A stretch of 64,000 bases of DNA from contig JAFWNJ010000002.1 in assembly GCA_017510425.1 (NCBI GenBank), positions 5,561 to 69,560 on the forward strand, read 5' to 3'. The notes beneath the pieces were generated by a model. That model ran no database searches, was not told the origin of the DNA, and saw only the letters and a list, made by a program, of their open reading frames with translations. The stretch is from Candidatus Saccharimonadota bacterium (GTDB lineage Bacteria; Patescibacteriota; Saccharimonadia; Saccharimonadales; Saccharimonadaceae). Every line of letters begins with the position of its first letter. The stretch's first letter is position 1. This document shows positions 38,571 to 46,815 of the stretch, piece after piece. The translations under genes were made by a program, and so were the position numbers.

Positions 38571-39785
38571 TCAATTATTATCGCACAACCAATTGACGAT
38601 ATTACGCTTAGCGACCCCAGATTCGTCGGTTTCAATTAAGTCTAGCGTCAGGAGGGTCTTGCGATACTTGTCGCCAGTGTTCTCGATGCTAGATAGTTCT
38701 CGCGCAAGCGTTTCCGGCCCCGCCGCTGTCTCCGCAACTTGGTAATAATCCAATGTCCCATCTAAGTTTTTACAAACAAAATCTATTTCCTTCTCGTAAT
38801 TCTTCCCTACCCATACTTTGCCATCATAGCGTTTAAACAGCTCAAGAAACACGATATTCTCTAGCCGATGCCCTACGTCGGCACCGCTAGGCATACCGAG
38901 CACCGCGTCGACCAGCCCTAGATCCACGACATAATACTTCTCCAGAGTTTTTAGCAGTTGTTTACCCCGAATATCAAACCTCTGAGTCGGATACAAAATA
39001 TAGCAATCCGACAAAGCATCGAGATAGCTAGACACCGTGGCTTTATCGATTATCTGATTTTCGCCGCGGAAAACATTAGATATATTATTCGGCGAAGTCA
39101 CATTGCCGACATTGTTAAATGTAAAGTTCACGAGATTCCGAAAATCATCCATGAAACGAATGTTTTTCCTCGTCTTGATGTCTTTTTCAAGGACGGTATC
39201 GTAAATACCCCGCAGATACGGTGCGACTGCCATCTCCCTACCGGCAGCGAGCAACTTCGCTACCTCCGGAAATCCGCCATACCGCATAAAAACCTGGAAC
39301 TTGGCAAACTTATCCACCTCGCCATTCGGGAAAAACTGCAAAAATTCGCCAAAAGTGAGTGGTTGCATTTTAATCTCAACATACCTACCCGAAAGCAAAG
39401 TCCCTATCTCACTACTGGTAATATCGGCATTGGACCCGGTGACATATAGATCAATATTCTTCCTCAGATGCAAGCTGTCTAGCGTCTTCTCAAAATCCGG
39501 AATTAGCTGAACTTCATCTATAAATATATAGTTCATGGCATCTTTTGCTAGAGTATCCAAAATATCATCATGTAGCAAATCAGCGTCCAAAGTGTATTTC
39601 TTATTCAGCTTATCTTCTAAATTATAGAATTGAATCCTGGCCGCAGGGACGCCATTTTCGGCTAATCTCTTGCGGAATTGCTCCAGCAAAGTAGACTTGC
39701 CCGAGCGTCGTACGCCGGTCACTACCTTAATCACGTGAGTATCCTGTAGATTATCTAATAATTGTAGATACGATGTCCTTTCCAT
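38571..39785 (-). CDS. AAA_14 ATPase with DUF4143-type C-terminus
   Basis: GVRRSGKSTLL, IFIDEVQ, VTGSN, LSGR, YGGFPE, KYYVVDLG, LENIVF, EIDFV..YYQVA. Confidence 0.85.
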   Translation of the reverse strand: MERTSYLQLLDNLQDTHVIKVVTGVRRSGKSTLLEQFRKRLAENGVPAARIQFYNLEDKLNKKYTLDADLLHDDILDTLAKDAMNYIFIDEVQLIPDFEKTLDSLHLRKNIDLYVTGSNADITSSEIGTLLSGRYVEIKMQPLTFGEFLQFFPNGEVDKFAKFQVFMRYGGFPEVAKLLAAGREMAVAPYLRGIYDTVLEKDIKTRKNIRFMDDFRNLVNFTFNNVGNVTSPNNISNVFRGENQIIDKATVSSYLDALSDCYILYPTQRFDIRGKQLLKTLEKYYVVDLGLVDAVLGMPSGADVGHRLENIVFLELFKRYDGKVWVGKNYEKEIDFVCKNLDGTLDYYQVAETAAGPETLARELSSIENTGDKYRKTLLTLDLIETDESGVAKRNIVNWLCDNN

Positions 39786-39833
39786 GCCATGATTATAGCG
39801 TAATTGGCCATTAAAATCAATAGCTTAATCAAT

Positions 39834-39966
39834 TGAAATCGCGAAAGACACGAGATTTCTGGAGTTTCGCGATTTCAGATTTATGAATTTTACAGAGGCG
39901 GATTCGCTAATGCTATGTTTGAAATCGCGAAAGTCACGAGATTTCTGGAGTTTCGCGATTTCAGAC
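39834..39966. repeat. palindromic repeat family D, copies 2 and 3 (39834-39879, 39920-39966) separated by about 40 bp
   Basis: Near-identical 46-bp units with 13-bp inverted arms. Confidence 0.85.
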
Positions 39967-40301
39967 CTTTCCCACGGGTCGCTGGGGCGACCGCGGGGAG
40001 GTAGAGATAAGCATCCGTAAAGTTTCAATATATACTATATGTGGGTGCGCAAAATAGTTATGAATTAACTTGGCCGCGAGGGGCCGTTTTCGAGCTATTT
40101 TTATAACATGATCTGGGAGCTACGCTCCGAGGAAGGAGCCCACCTAGCACTAATTCTGCTTGGCTGCACGATATGGAAATCCCATCCGTATCGCGACTAC
40201 AGTTATGACTTATAGCGCTAACACTTTTGATATCCGAGGATATCAAAAGTGGTAAGTTAGCTCGTTGGCGGAAGGAAGAAGATTTGGCAGTTTGCGAGAG
40301 T

Positions 40302-40518
40302 CTTCCTTTACTCCGGCAACTTCAATGGCTCATCCGCGAACAATCGTGGCTCGAACGGCAACTATTGGAGTAGGTCGGCGAACAGCAACAACAACTCTTA
40401 CAACCTGAACCTGAACTCTACGAACTTGAACCCGTCCAACAACAATAATAAGAACAACGGATTTAGTGTCCGTTGCTTGATAGGTAGCTAGTTCATTTAG
40501 CGTTCTACCTACCCCGCA
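40302..40518 (+). ncRNA. DGR template repeat (TR)
   Basis: 217-bp ungapped match to the reverse complement of 42957-43173; 18 mismatches, all A in TR; 21 AAY codons in the target frame; no start codon after the upstream in-frame stop. Confidence 0.95.
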
Positions 40519-40547
40519 TATCATGTTACGGCTTGCACCCACTATGT

Positions 40548-41717
40548 TTAATACCGATAGCTCCATGCAACTTTTTCAAAAGCATCGCTCACCATTTTGA
40601 AGTGATCATAGTGCTTAACGTGCCCGAGATATGAAACCAGCGTCGTAATACCTTTCGTGCCCATTTCGACATCTTTGCATGCTTGGCGTAAATTCTTCCT
40701 CACTCTTTCCCCTGGCAAAATGTAGCCTTTGTGTACCACTACGCCAAGGAATGGCACACCTTGAGAAGAAGAATAAACCTTGCGTTTCCTGGGGTGGAGT
40801 TTTACTCCTAGACCAGATAGAAATCCATCAATTGCCTGGATGTCGTTTTTAAGTTGTGGGAACTGGTCTCGCGTTACCACGATATAAAAATCATCCACAT
40901 AACGCCCATAGTGCTTATATCCTAGCTGGTACTTGATGAACCTATCCAAGGTATTTAAGAAAATGTTCGATAGTAATTGTGAAGTAAGATTTCCGATCAC
41001 GATGCCAATGCCTGGAGGTTGGTTAAAAAGGCTCTTTTCTGGTGGCAGTTTAACCCAATCTGATTTCTTACCGACAATTTTGACACCATATACTGGATCG
41101 TCCATAATAATCTGTTGCCAAAGAATGACTAGCATTTTATATACGGGCGAATCGAGGTGGTCCTTATATTGTTTCTGGAGCCCAGCAAGTGCCATTTTGA
41201 GTAGTTTCTCGCGAGGTATACTCATAAAGAACCCCTGGATATCAAGTTTATAGATATATACTTCTTCGGCATAATTCCCTGATACCGAGCGAATGTGATG
41301 ATCTAATCGCCGAATACCAAGTAGCGTGCCTTTTTCTTCGCGGCATGAATATGAATCATAGATAAACTGCGAGTCCCACCAATCGTAAACTAGATTGTAG
41401 ATGAGATGGTGTACTATTCTATCGCGAAAGGGCGCTGCGAATATCTCTCGCATTACTGGCTTATAGATGATATGGACTGTACCACGGCTAGGACAATACT
41501 TGTGATTAACAATATCGTCGCAGAGTCTTTTTAGATTCTCGTCTTCGTTAATCTCGAAATCCTGCTCATCGTGAGTTTTTCGTTTGCCGTGCTTTCTGGC
41601 GTCATAGTAAGCACGCCGAAGTTGTAATAAAAGCCAGTCTGAAAAACTATTGTTTAGATTAGCGTCCTCCGGAGTTGTCGCTATTTCTGCCCTTTTAGTG
41701 TGGTGCGCGACAATCAC
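40548..41717 (-). CDS. DGR reverse transcriptase
   Basis: REIFAAPFRDRIVHH, SYSCR..KGT, KLDIQGFF, GIVIGNLTSQLLSNIFL, YGRYVDDF, FLG; GTG start overlaps the upstream stop. Confidence 0.95.
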   Translation of the reverse strand: MIVAHHTKRAEIATTPEDANLNNSFSDWLLLQLRRAYYDARKHGKRKTHDEQDFEINEDENLKRLCDDIVNHKYCPSRGTVHIIYKPVMREIFAAPFRDRIVHHLIYNLVYDWWDSQFIYDSYSCREEKGTLLGIRRLDHHIRSVSGNYAEEVYIYKLDIQGFFMSIPREKLLKMALAGLQKQYKDHLDSPVYKMLVILWQQIIMDDPVYGVKIVGKKSDWVKLPPEKSLFNQPPGIGIVIGNLTSQLLSNIFLNTLDRFIKYQLGYKHYGRYVDDFYIVVTRDQFPQLKNDIQAIDGFLSGLGVKLHPRKRKVYSSSQGVPFLGVVVHKGYILPGERVRKNLRQACKDVEMGTKGITTLVSYLGHVKHYDHFKMVSDAFEKVAWSYRY

Positions 41718-42739
41718 GGTTTTAGGTTCTCCTCTATTTGGTGCCTCACCTCCAGGATATTCTTGCCTAGATTAGTCCTAGCGGCGGTTTCGAGCATCTG
41801 ACCGGCCTCTAGAAAAACCATCACAGCAGAAAGGTCGTCGGTTCTCCTTAACATTTCCAACCTAGCTTCTGTCATAGCCATATCGCCATTTGCAAACCGA
41901 TGATAGAACTTCACTAGTTCCACAGCTGGCTCCATTAATTGGCGCGCCATCACTTCGCGCTTGCCTTGTGGAATTTTCTCGATTTTGAGCGGAATATACT
42001 GCGATAAAGTGCGGATAGCAGCGGCAAGCTTGGGGATATTGTGCTTCGGGCGGACCATATTCTCAACCGCTTGGATTTCGGCTTTTTCCTGCTCCACTAA
42101 AATTTCAATCTCATGCTGAGAAAAATCTTTACCCATATCTATCACAAAGATATCGTGGTCGATTTTCTCGACCTTGTAATCTAGCTTTGCCGCCTGCGTT
42201 GCTAGTAGTTCCCCATTTTTAATAGCGACATAACCATGGCGAAAGGCGAATTGTTTATCTCCATCAATTTGAGTGTTGGCTGAACGCCCAAGGCGGATGG
42301 CGAGAATGAATTTATAAAATAACAATGACTTACCCGCGACACGGTACCAGTTATCCTTAGAGCTACCCATGGCTGGGTAGAGGTATATTTTGGACTTATT
42401 GTTCTTCTCCTGTTCAAAAACGTACTCTTTACCAGCGTAATAGTCTTCCCGACTGATACCATCGGTATTAGTTTTCTTACCCTGCTTACCCTCTAGTTTG
42501 TCTCGGACTAGCAGCTTAGCGCTAGAGTTCTTGGTAATGGTAGGATTCTTAGATAGTTCTAAAACTATGTTAATTTTGGTGATATTATCAAGTCCTGGTT
42601 CTTTAGTGGCTCTTACCCAGTAGCTGACGGATTTCTGGCTTACTCCCAATACCTCAGCAAGATCAATTTGTTTCCAACGAAAGTTGGCAAGAATTGTCTT
42701 AATTTTTGCAGAAGTAGTGAGTCCCGTTCTCTCTTTCAT
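41714..42739 (-). CDS. DGR accessory fusion protein: XRE HTH + MutS-I-like + Avd-like four-helix bundle
   Basis: WKQIDLAEVLGVSQKSVSYW (HTH); C-terminal KIPQGKREVMARQL...ANG...ARLEML helical pattern typical of Avd; immediately upstream of the RT; MutS-I-like call is weaker. Confidence 0.7.
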   Translation of the reverse strand: MKERTGLTTSAKIKTILANFRWKQIDLAEVLGVSQKSVSYWVRATKEPGLDNITKINIVLELSKNPTITKNSSAKLLVRDKLEGKQGKKTNTDGISREDYYAGKEYVFEQEKNNKSKIYLYPAMGSSKDNWYRVAGKSLLFYKFILAIRLGRSANTQIDGDKQFAFRHGYVAIKNGELLATQAAKLDYKVEKIDHDIFVIDMGKDFSQHEIEILVEQEKAEIQAVENMVRPKHNIPKLAAAIRTLSQYIPLKIEKIPQGKREVMARQLMEPAVELVKFYHRFANGDMAMTEARLEMLRRTDDLSAVMVFLEAGQMLETAARTNLGKNILEVRHQIEENLKP

Positions 42740-42876
42740 ATGTACATTATACTAAACAGAACCGAAAAGTAGAAGGTATATTACCCGCCTAGAAGTGTTA
42801 TGTTGTAATTTTCACAACGTTTCAGGGCGAAGTGGTTACCTTATGGTAAGTATGGGAAGGGCTGCTAGAATGCCAA

Positions 42877-42949
42877 AGCCAGGGTAATTTCCACTACCTC
42901 TCCGGGTCGCTGAGGCGACCGCGGGGAGGCAACGAAAATTACCCTGGCT
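42877..42949. other. hairpin/cruciform just 3' of the VR (candidate DGR target-recognition element)
   Basis: 14-bp perfect arms agccagggtaattt/aaattaccctggct enclosing ggtcgc-tgag-gcgacc; absent after the TR. Confidence 0.7.
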
Positions 42950-42956
42950 ATTTCTC

Positions 42957-43173
42957 TGCGGGGTAGGTAGAACGCTAAATGAACTAGCTACCTATCAAGC
43001 AACGGACACTAAAACCGTTGCTCTTATCATTGCCGCCGGACGGGTTCAAGTTCGTAGAGGTCAGGCGCAGGTAGTAAGAGCCGTAGTTGCTGTACGCCGA
43101 CCTACTCCAATAGTAGCCGTACGAGCCACGATTGTACGCGGATGAGCCATTGAAGTTGCCGGAGTAAAGGAAG
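42957..43173 (-). repeat. DGR variable repeat (VR) plus 27-nt shared tail past the stop codon
   Basis: Aligns to TR; e.g. AAC>TAC, AAC>GGC, AAC>CGC, AAC>ACC, AAT>GAT, GGA>GGT. Confidence 0.95.
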
Positions 43174-46100
43174 TTATTCGGAAAGCTTCTAAAGAGACTA
43201 CTCATAATGTCGCCAGTACCAGTACCGCTCTGACTACTGCCTGTGCCACCATAGCGTTGAGAAAGAATACCGTATTCTTTAGTTGTAGTGCCACTAGAAG
43301 GTAAGTGCCAGTTAGATGGACAGATAGAGGTGTTAGCAGTCTCTGAAGTAGATGAGCTGTTATAGTAATTGGTATTAGCCATAGCAGCAGCCCAGGTGTA
43401 GTAGTTACCATAGGATGAGATTGTAGAGGTTTTATAAGTGCCACTGGTGGATGGGTTGGCGGCATTGGCATAGTTCTCCGTAAAGGTCGGACTTTGTAAG
43501 GCACTGGAGATGTTACTATTATTATAACGCGGGAAACGATAGCCTGGGTAGTTAGAGGTACCAATATCTTCTAGAGTACTGGTAAATGAATTGTAAGTAT
43601 CTACTGGTGGATTAGCAGAAGATTTGTAGATACCGCCATCAGCAAAGCTAAGAGAAGTGGTAGAATTGCTAAAGTTTGCAGATTCTGAAGTAGCGAGGCC
43701 AATGAAGTTACCGTAGGCACCAGTCGTCCCGCCATAACCCTGGGAGAGACTTTGGTTAGTGACAGTGCTATCGTTCTTATTGTTCCCTACCGTACCTTCG
43801 TGTTCTAGACGTAGGTTTTCTATCATCCAGCATTTATCGTCGGCTAGTTTCGCTATAGTGTAGACTTCATCGTCACGTTTGTCAGTTAAGGCAATGACGC
43901 TACCTGGAGTGATTTCACCAGTCGTTGTATTAAAGTTTGTACTAGTCATAGCATTACAATTGCTGGCGGTAAAGTCTTGGAGATAGCGTGGGCTACTTGA
44001 TGGATCAGATGGATCGGATTTCTCGGCTGGTACCCAAACGGCGTACATAGTGATAATATTAGTGCCATTAGTGGGGTAGGCTGGGGCATCTATGGTTTCC
44101 ATAGGACCATATATTACTGGGTCGTTAGTATTATCATTATCAGTAAAATGAGTCCAAGCATCTGGATCAGTGCTCCAACCGGCGAAGCCATTACCTGCTT
44201 TTTTGAAGTTTGAAGCAAGTAGGGTTACTGGGTCGCCTTCACCGACGTTGGTTTGGGTAACGCTTTTTACACCTGTACTTGCATTTGTAGTTCCCATCCC
44301 ATTAGGGTTACTAGCGCCATTACCATCGTATTGAATAGAATAGACTGGAACCCAGTGAGCGTAGAGAGTGATGCCACTGCCTGCACTGGAGCCTGCTGGG
44401 ACGGTATAGGTAGTGCCTACACCGTATTCGGTATTTGTATTGTCTGAGTTATCGGCTACAGTGGACCAGCCTTTGATCTTCCAGCCAGTAAGGGTCCACT
44501 TGTTATAAGCGGCGAGAGTGCCGGTTTCCGTGCCAGTACTGGGGTTATTAGCGAGATTAATCTTTTGTGAAGAGTCGGTAGTATTAGAAACATTATCAGT
44601 GCAAGAAGCATTAGTACTGGCATAAGTCATGCAGTTGTTTACGTATGTGATGGTATATTGAGGGAGCCACTGGGCGTAGAGGGTGATGGTGGAGCCTGGA
44701 GCTAGACCAAGGGTGGCGAGACTTGTGGTGCTGGCGTTCGCGGCGGTGATAGCGGTACCAGTGCCGTCGGCCGCAGTATTCCAACCATTGAAGGCCCAGC
44801 CAGCTCTAGTGAAGCCGTTTGCTTGGGTATTAGTGGAGTTTATTTCTACGTTTTCCTGAGTTGCAGTGGTACCTGTGACTGGGTGCTCGGTGGTTCCATT
44901 GCCGTCGTAGTTGATGGTAACGGTGCCATTACTGGCGATACAACGGATGTTTTTGCGATAATACTTGTTGCCACCGTATGACGATGAGCTAGTCCCTGTG
45001 TTGGTGCCAACAGCCATAGCTGTACCGTTGACTCTTGCACCATAAGCTACAGTAGTGCTACTGGAGCGATTAGTCCAAAAGAAGCTGTAGCTGGTGTTGT
45101 AGAAGGATGAACCTTGAGTAAAGCCACCATTGGTTAGGAAGCTACTTGGCTGAGCAGTGGTTGGATTAGATGAGGTATAGGCGGATTTAGATGAGAGATT
45201 AGTGTACATAGTGTCAGTGGGGAGATCCCAGTTTTTCGGGCAGATGGAGGTTGTGGGATTAGTACTGATTGAGTTAGTATTAGCTACTGCAGCAGACCAG
45301 GAGTAGTAAACACCATTGGTGTTGGTACCACTGGTATTAGTTAGTCTTATCTTGGCGAGATTACCAGTAGCTGTGTAACTGGTGGTATCTCCAGCTGGGA
45401 GGATAAAGGTAGTATTGTTTGCTAAATCTGTATCGTCTGATGTTAATGTGATTGTGCCGTCACCATTTGGACCGTCAGTACCGGTTCTACCGAGATTTAG
45501 GTTCTTGGTCATCCAGCAGTTGTTGTCTGGAAGTTTACTGACAGTGTACTGTTCTGGTGATTCGGTAGTACTTGGGTCATCGGTGATGACTTTGCCACGA
45601 TAATCTAGGAGAGTAGCAGCAGGGGTATTGGCAGCAGTAGTAATAGGTGAGTTATAGCAGACTTCTGGAGTCATGTCCTGCATTAAGTTATGGTCTATTT
45701 GCTTCGGATCAGTAGGCTGAGTAGCAGGGGCTGCAGTCATATCAGCTAGTGTAGCTTGTTTCCACTGAGCATAGAGGGTAATAGTACTACCAGCATTAGT
45801 TAGGTTATTTACTGATTCTTTGTCTTTATACCAATCACCAGTACCATCTACATTAGTATTCCAACCCCAGAAGGTCCAGAGTTTGTCACTGTCTCCTGTG
45901 ATAGTGTTATTATTGGCATCGGTATAGGAAGATTCTTGTGGAGCTTTAATGGATTCTGATGAGATGAGTTTGGTGGAGATGCCTTCTTGGATACCTTGTT
46001 CTATAGTACTGGATGGATTAGGATCATCTGGATTAGTATTTACTAATGTACCACCATTAGGATTAAAGGATACAGTATACTCAGTACAAGTAGTATCCAT

Positions 46101-46721
46101 AGTGAGATAGTAGACAATAGCACCATTAGTACCATTAGTATCATTAGCCATTCTATAAGTACCTGGAGTAATAGTACTATCTACTTTAATACCATAGCTA
46201 ATATTAAAAGTATCATTAATATCAGTACTAGGGCTAGCTGTATCAACTGATGATTTTAATAATGATTCAGTAGAAGATAATGGTGAGAAGATAGTAGAAC
46301 TGGTGGGAGTAGTATCTAGTGTATAGCCCCATTTGTTAGTATTATTATTACTACTAAGACTAGAAGTACCATCTACAGCGGTAAAGGATGCAGTATTACT
46401 TATTGTATCATTAGTGCTATCATACTTATATAGATTACTACCAGTTGGAGTAGCTATAGTTAGATTATAACCACTTCTACAGTCTGATACTACATTAATG
46501 GATTCACTATGAATAGAAGTACCATCTCCGGCTGGAGAGACATCTAGAGTAATAGAACTGGAGGTTGAGATGGATGCAGAGTAGGCGGAGACGGGAGAGA
46601 CATTAAGACCAGTGATATTACCGATGATGCTAAATAAAGCTAGCAAAATCCCAGAACAGAATAGACCATATTTATTTAGACATTTGATTCTAGGAATCTT
46701 TTCGTTTAATTTATTTTGCAT
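42984..46721 (-). CDS. DGR target: 1245-aa surface protein with Listeria-Bacteroides-type repeats and two Fib_succ_major/CLec-like domains
   Basis: Signal peptide; repeated GWNT..DGTG...ITLYAQW units; CWMTKNL...ICPKNWDLP...IRCI and CWMIENL...ICPSNWHLP...GYYWS...SVRCL; VR at the 3' end. Confidence 0.92.
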   Translation of the reverse strand: MQNKLNEKIPRIKCLNKYGLFCSGILLALFSIIGNITGLNVSPVSAYSASISTSSSITLDVSPAGDGTSIHSESINVVSDCRSGYNLTIATPTGSNLYKYDSTNDTISNTASFTAVDGTSSLSSNNNTNKWGYTLDTTPTSSTIFSPLSSTESLLKSSVDTASPSTDINDTFNISYGIKVDSTITPGTYRMANDTNGTNGAIVYYLTMDTTCTEYTVSFNPNGGTLVNTNPDDPNPSSTIEQGIQEGISTKLISSESIKAPQESSYTDANNNTITGDSDKLWTFWGWNTNVDGTGDWYKDKESVNNLTNAGSTITLYAQWKQATLADMTAAPATQPTDPKQIDHNLMQDMTPEVCYNSPITTAANTPAATLLDYRGKVITDDPSTTESPEQYTVSKLPDNNCWMTKNLNLGRTGTDGPNGDGTITLTSDDTDLANNTTFILPAGDTTSYTATGNLAKIRLTNTSGTNTNGVYYSWSAAVANTNSISTNPTTSICPKNWDLPTDTMYTNLSSKSAYTSSNPTTAQPSSFLTNGGFTQGSSFYNTSYSFFWTNRSSSTTVAYGARVNGTAMAVGTNTGTSSSSYGGNKYYRKNIRCIASNGTVTINYDGNGTTEHPVTGTTATQENVEINSTNTQANGFTRAGWAFNGWNTAADGTGTAITAANASTTSLATLGLAPGSTITLYAQWLPQYTITYVNNCMTYASTNASCTDNVSNTTDSSQKINLANNPSTGTETGTLAAYNKWTLTGWKIKGWSTVADNSDNTNTEYGVGTTYTVPAGSSAGSGITLYAHWVPVYSIQYDGNGASNPNGMGTTNASTGVKSVTQTNVGEGDPVTLLASNFKKAGNGFAGWSTDPDAWTHFTDNDNTNDPVIYGPMETIDAPAYPTNGTNIITMYAVWVPAEKSDPSDPSSSPRYLQDFTASNCNAMTSTNFNTTTGEITPGSVIALTDKRDDEVYTIAKLADDKCWMIENLRLEHEGTVGNNKNDSTVTNQSLSQGYGGTTGAYGNFIGLATSESANFSNSTTSLSFADGGIYKSSANPPVDTYNSFTSTLEDIGTSNYPGYRFPRYNNSNISSALQSPTFTENYANAANPSTSGTYKTSTISSYGNYYTWAAAMANTNYYNSSSTSETANTSICPSNWHLPSSGTTTKEYGILSQRYGGTGSSQSGTGTGDIMSSLFRSFPNNFLYSGNFNGSSAYNRGSYGYYWSRSAYSNYGSYYLRLTSTNLNPSGGNDKSNGFSVRCLIGS

Positions 46722-46815
46722 TTGTTTAAAACACCTTATTATTAATCTATGACCTTTATCTGTCTATATATTATAGTGTTTGTGGTTAAATGTCAAGAAA
46801 AATCAGGCAGAATTT

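Noticed and set aside
39834-39966. CRISPR array (repeat, 40-bp spacer, repeat)
   Set aside because: Only two adjacent units, the third is 1.3 kb away, and no cas genes are in the window; reported as a repeat instead
40330-40566. 78-aa minus-strand ORF
   Set aside because: Val/Ile-rich antisense reading of the AAC-rich TR
40548-41717. Group II intron or retron RT
   Set aside because: No maturase/endonuclease extension or intron RNA seen; GNLTSQ motif and an adenine-specific TR/VR pair indicate a DGR
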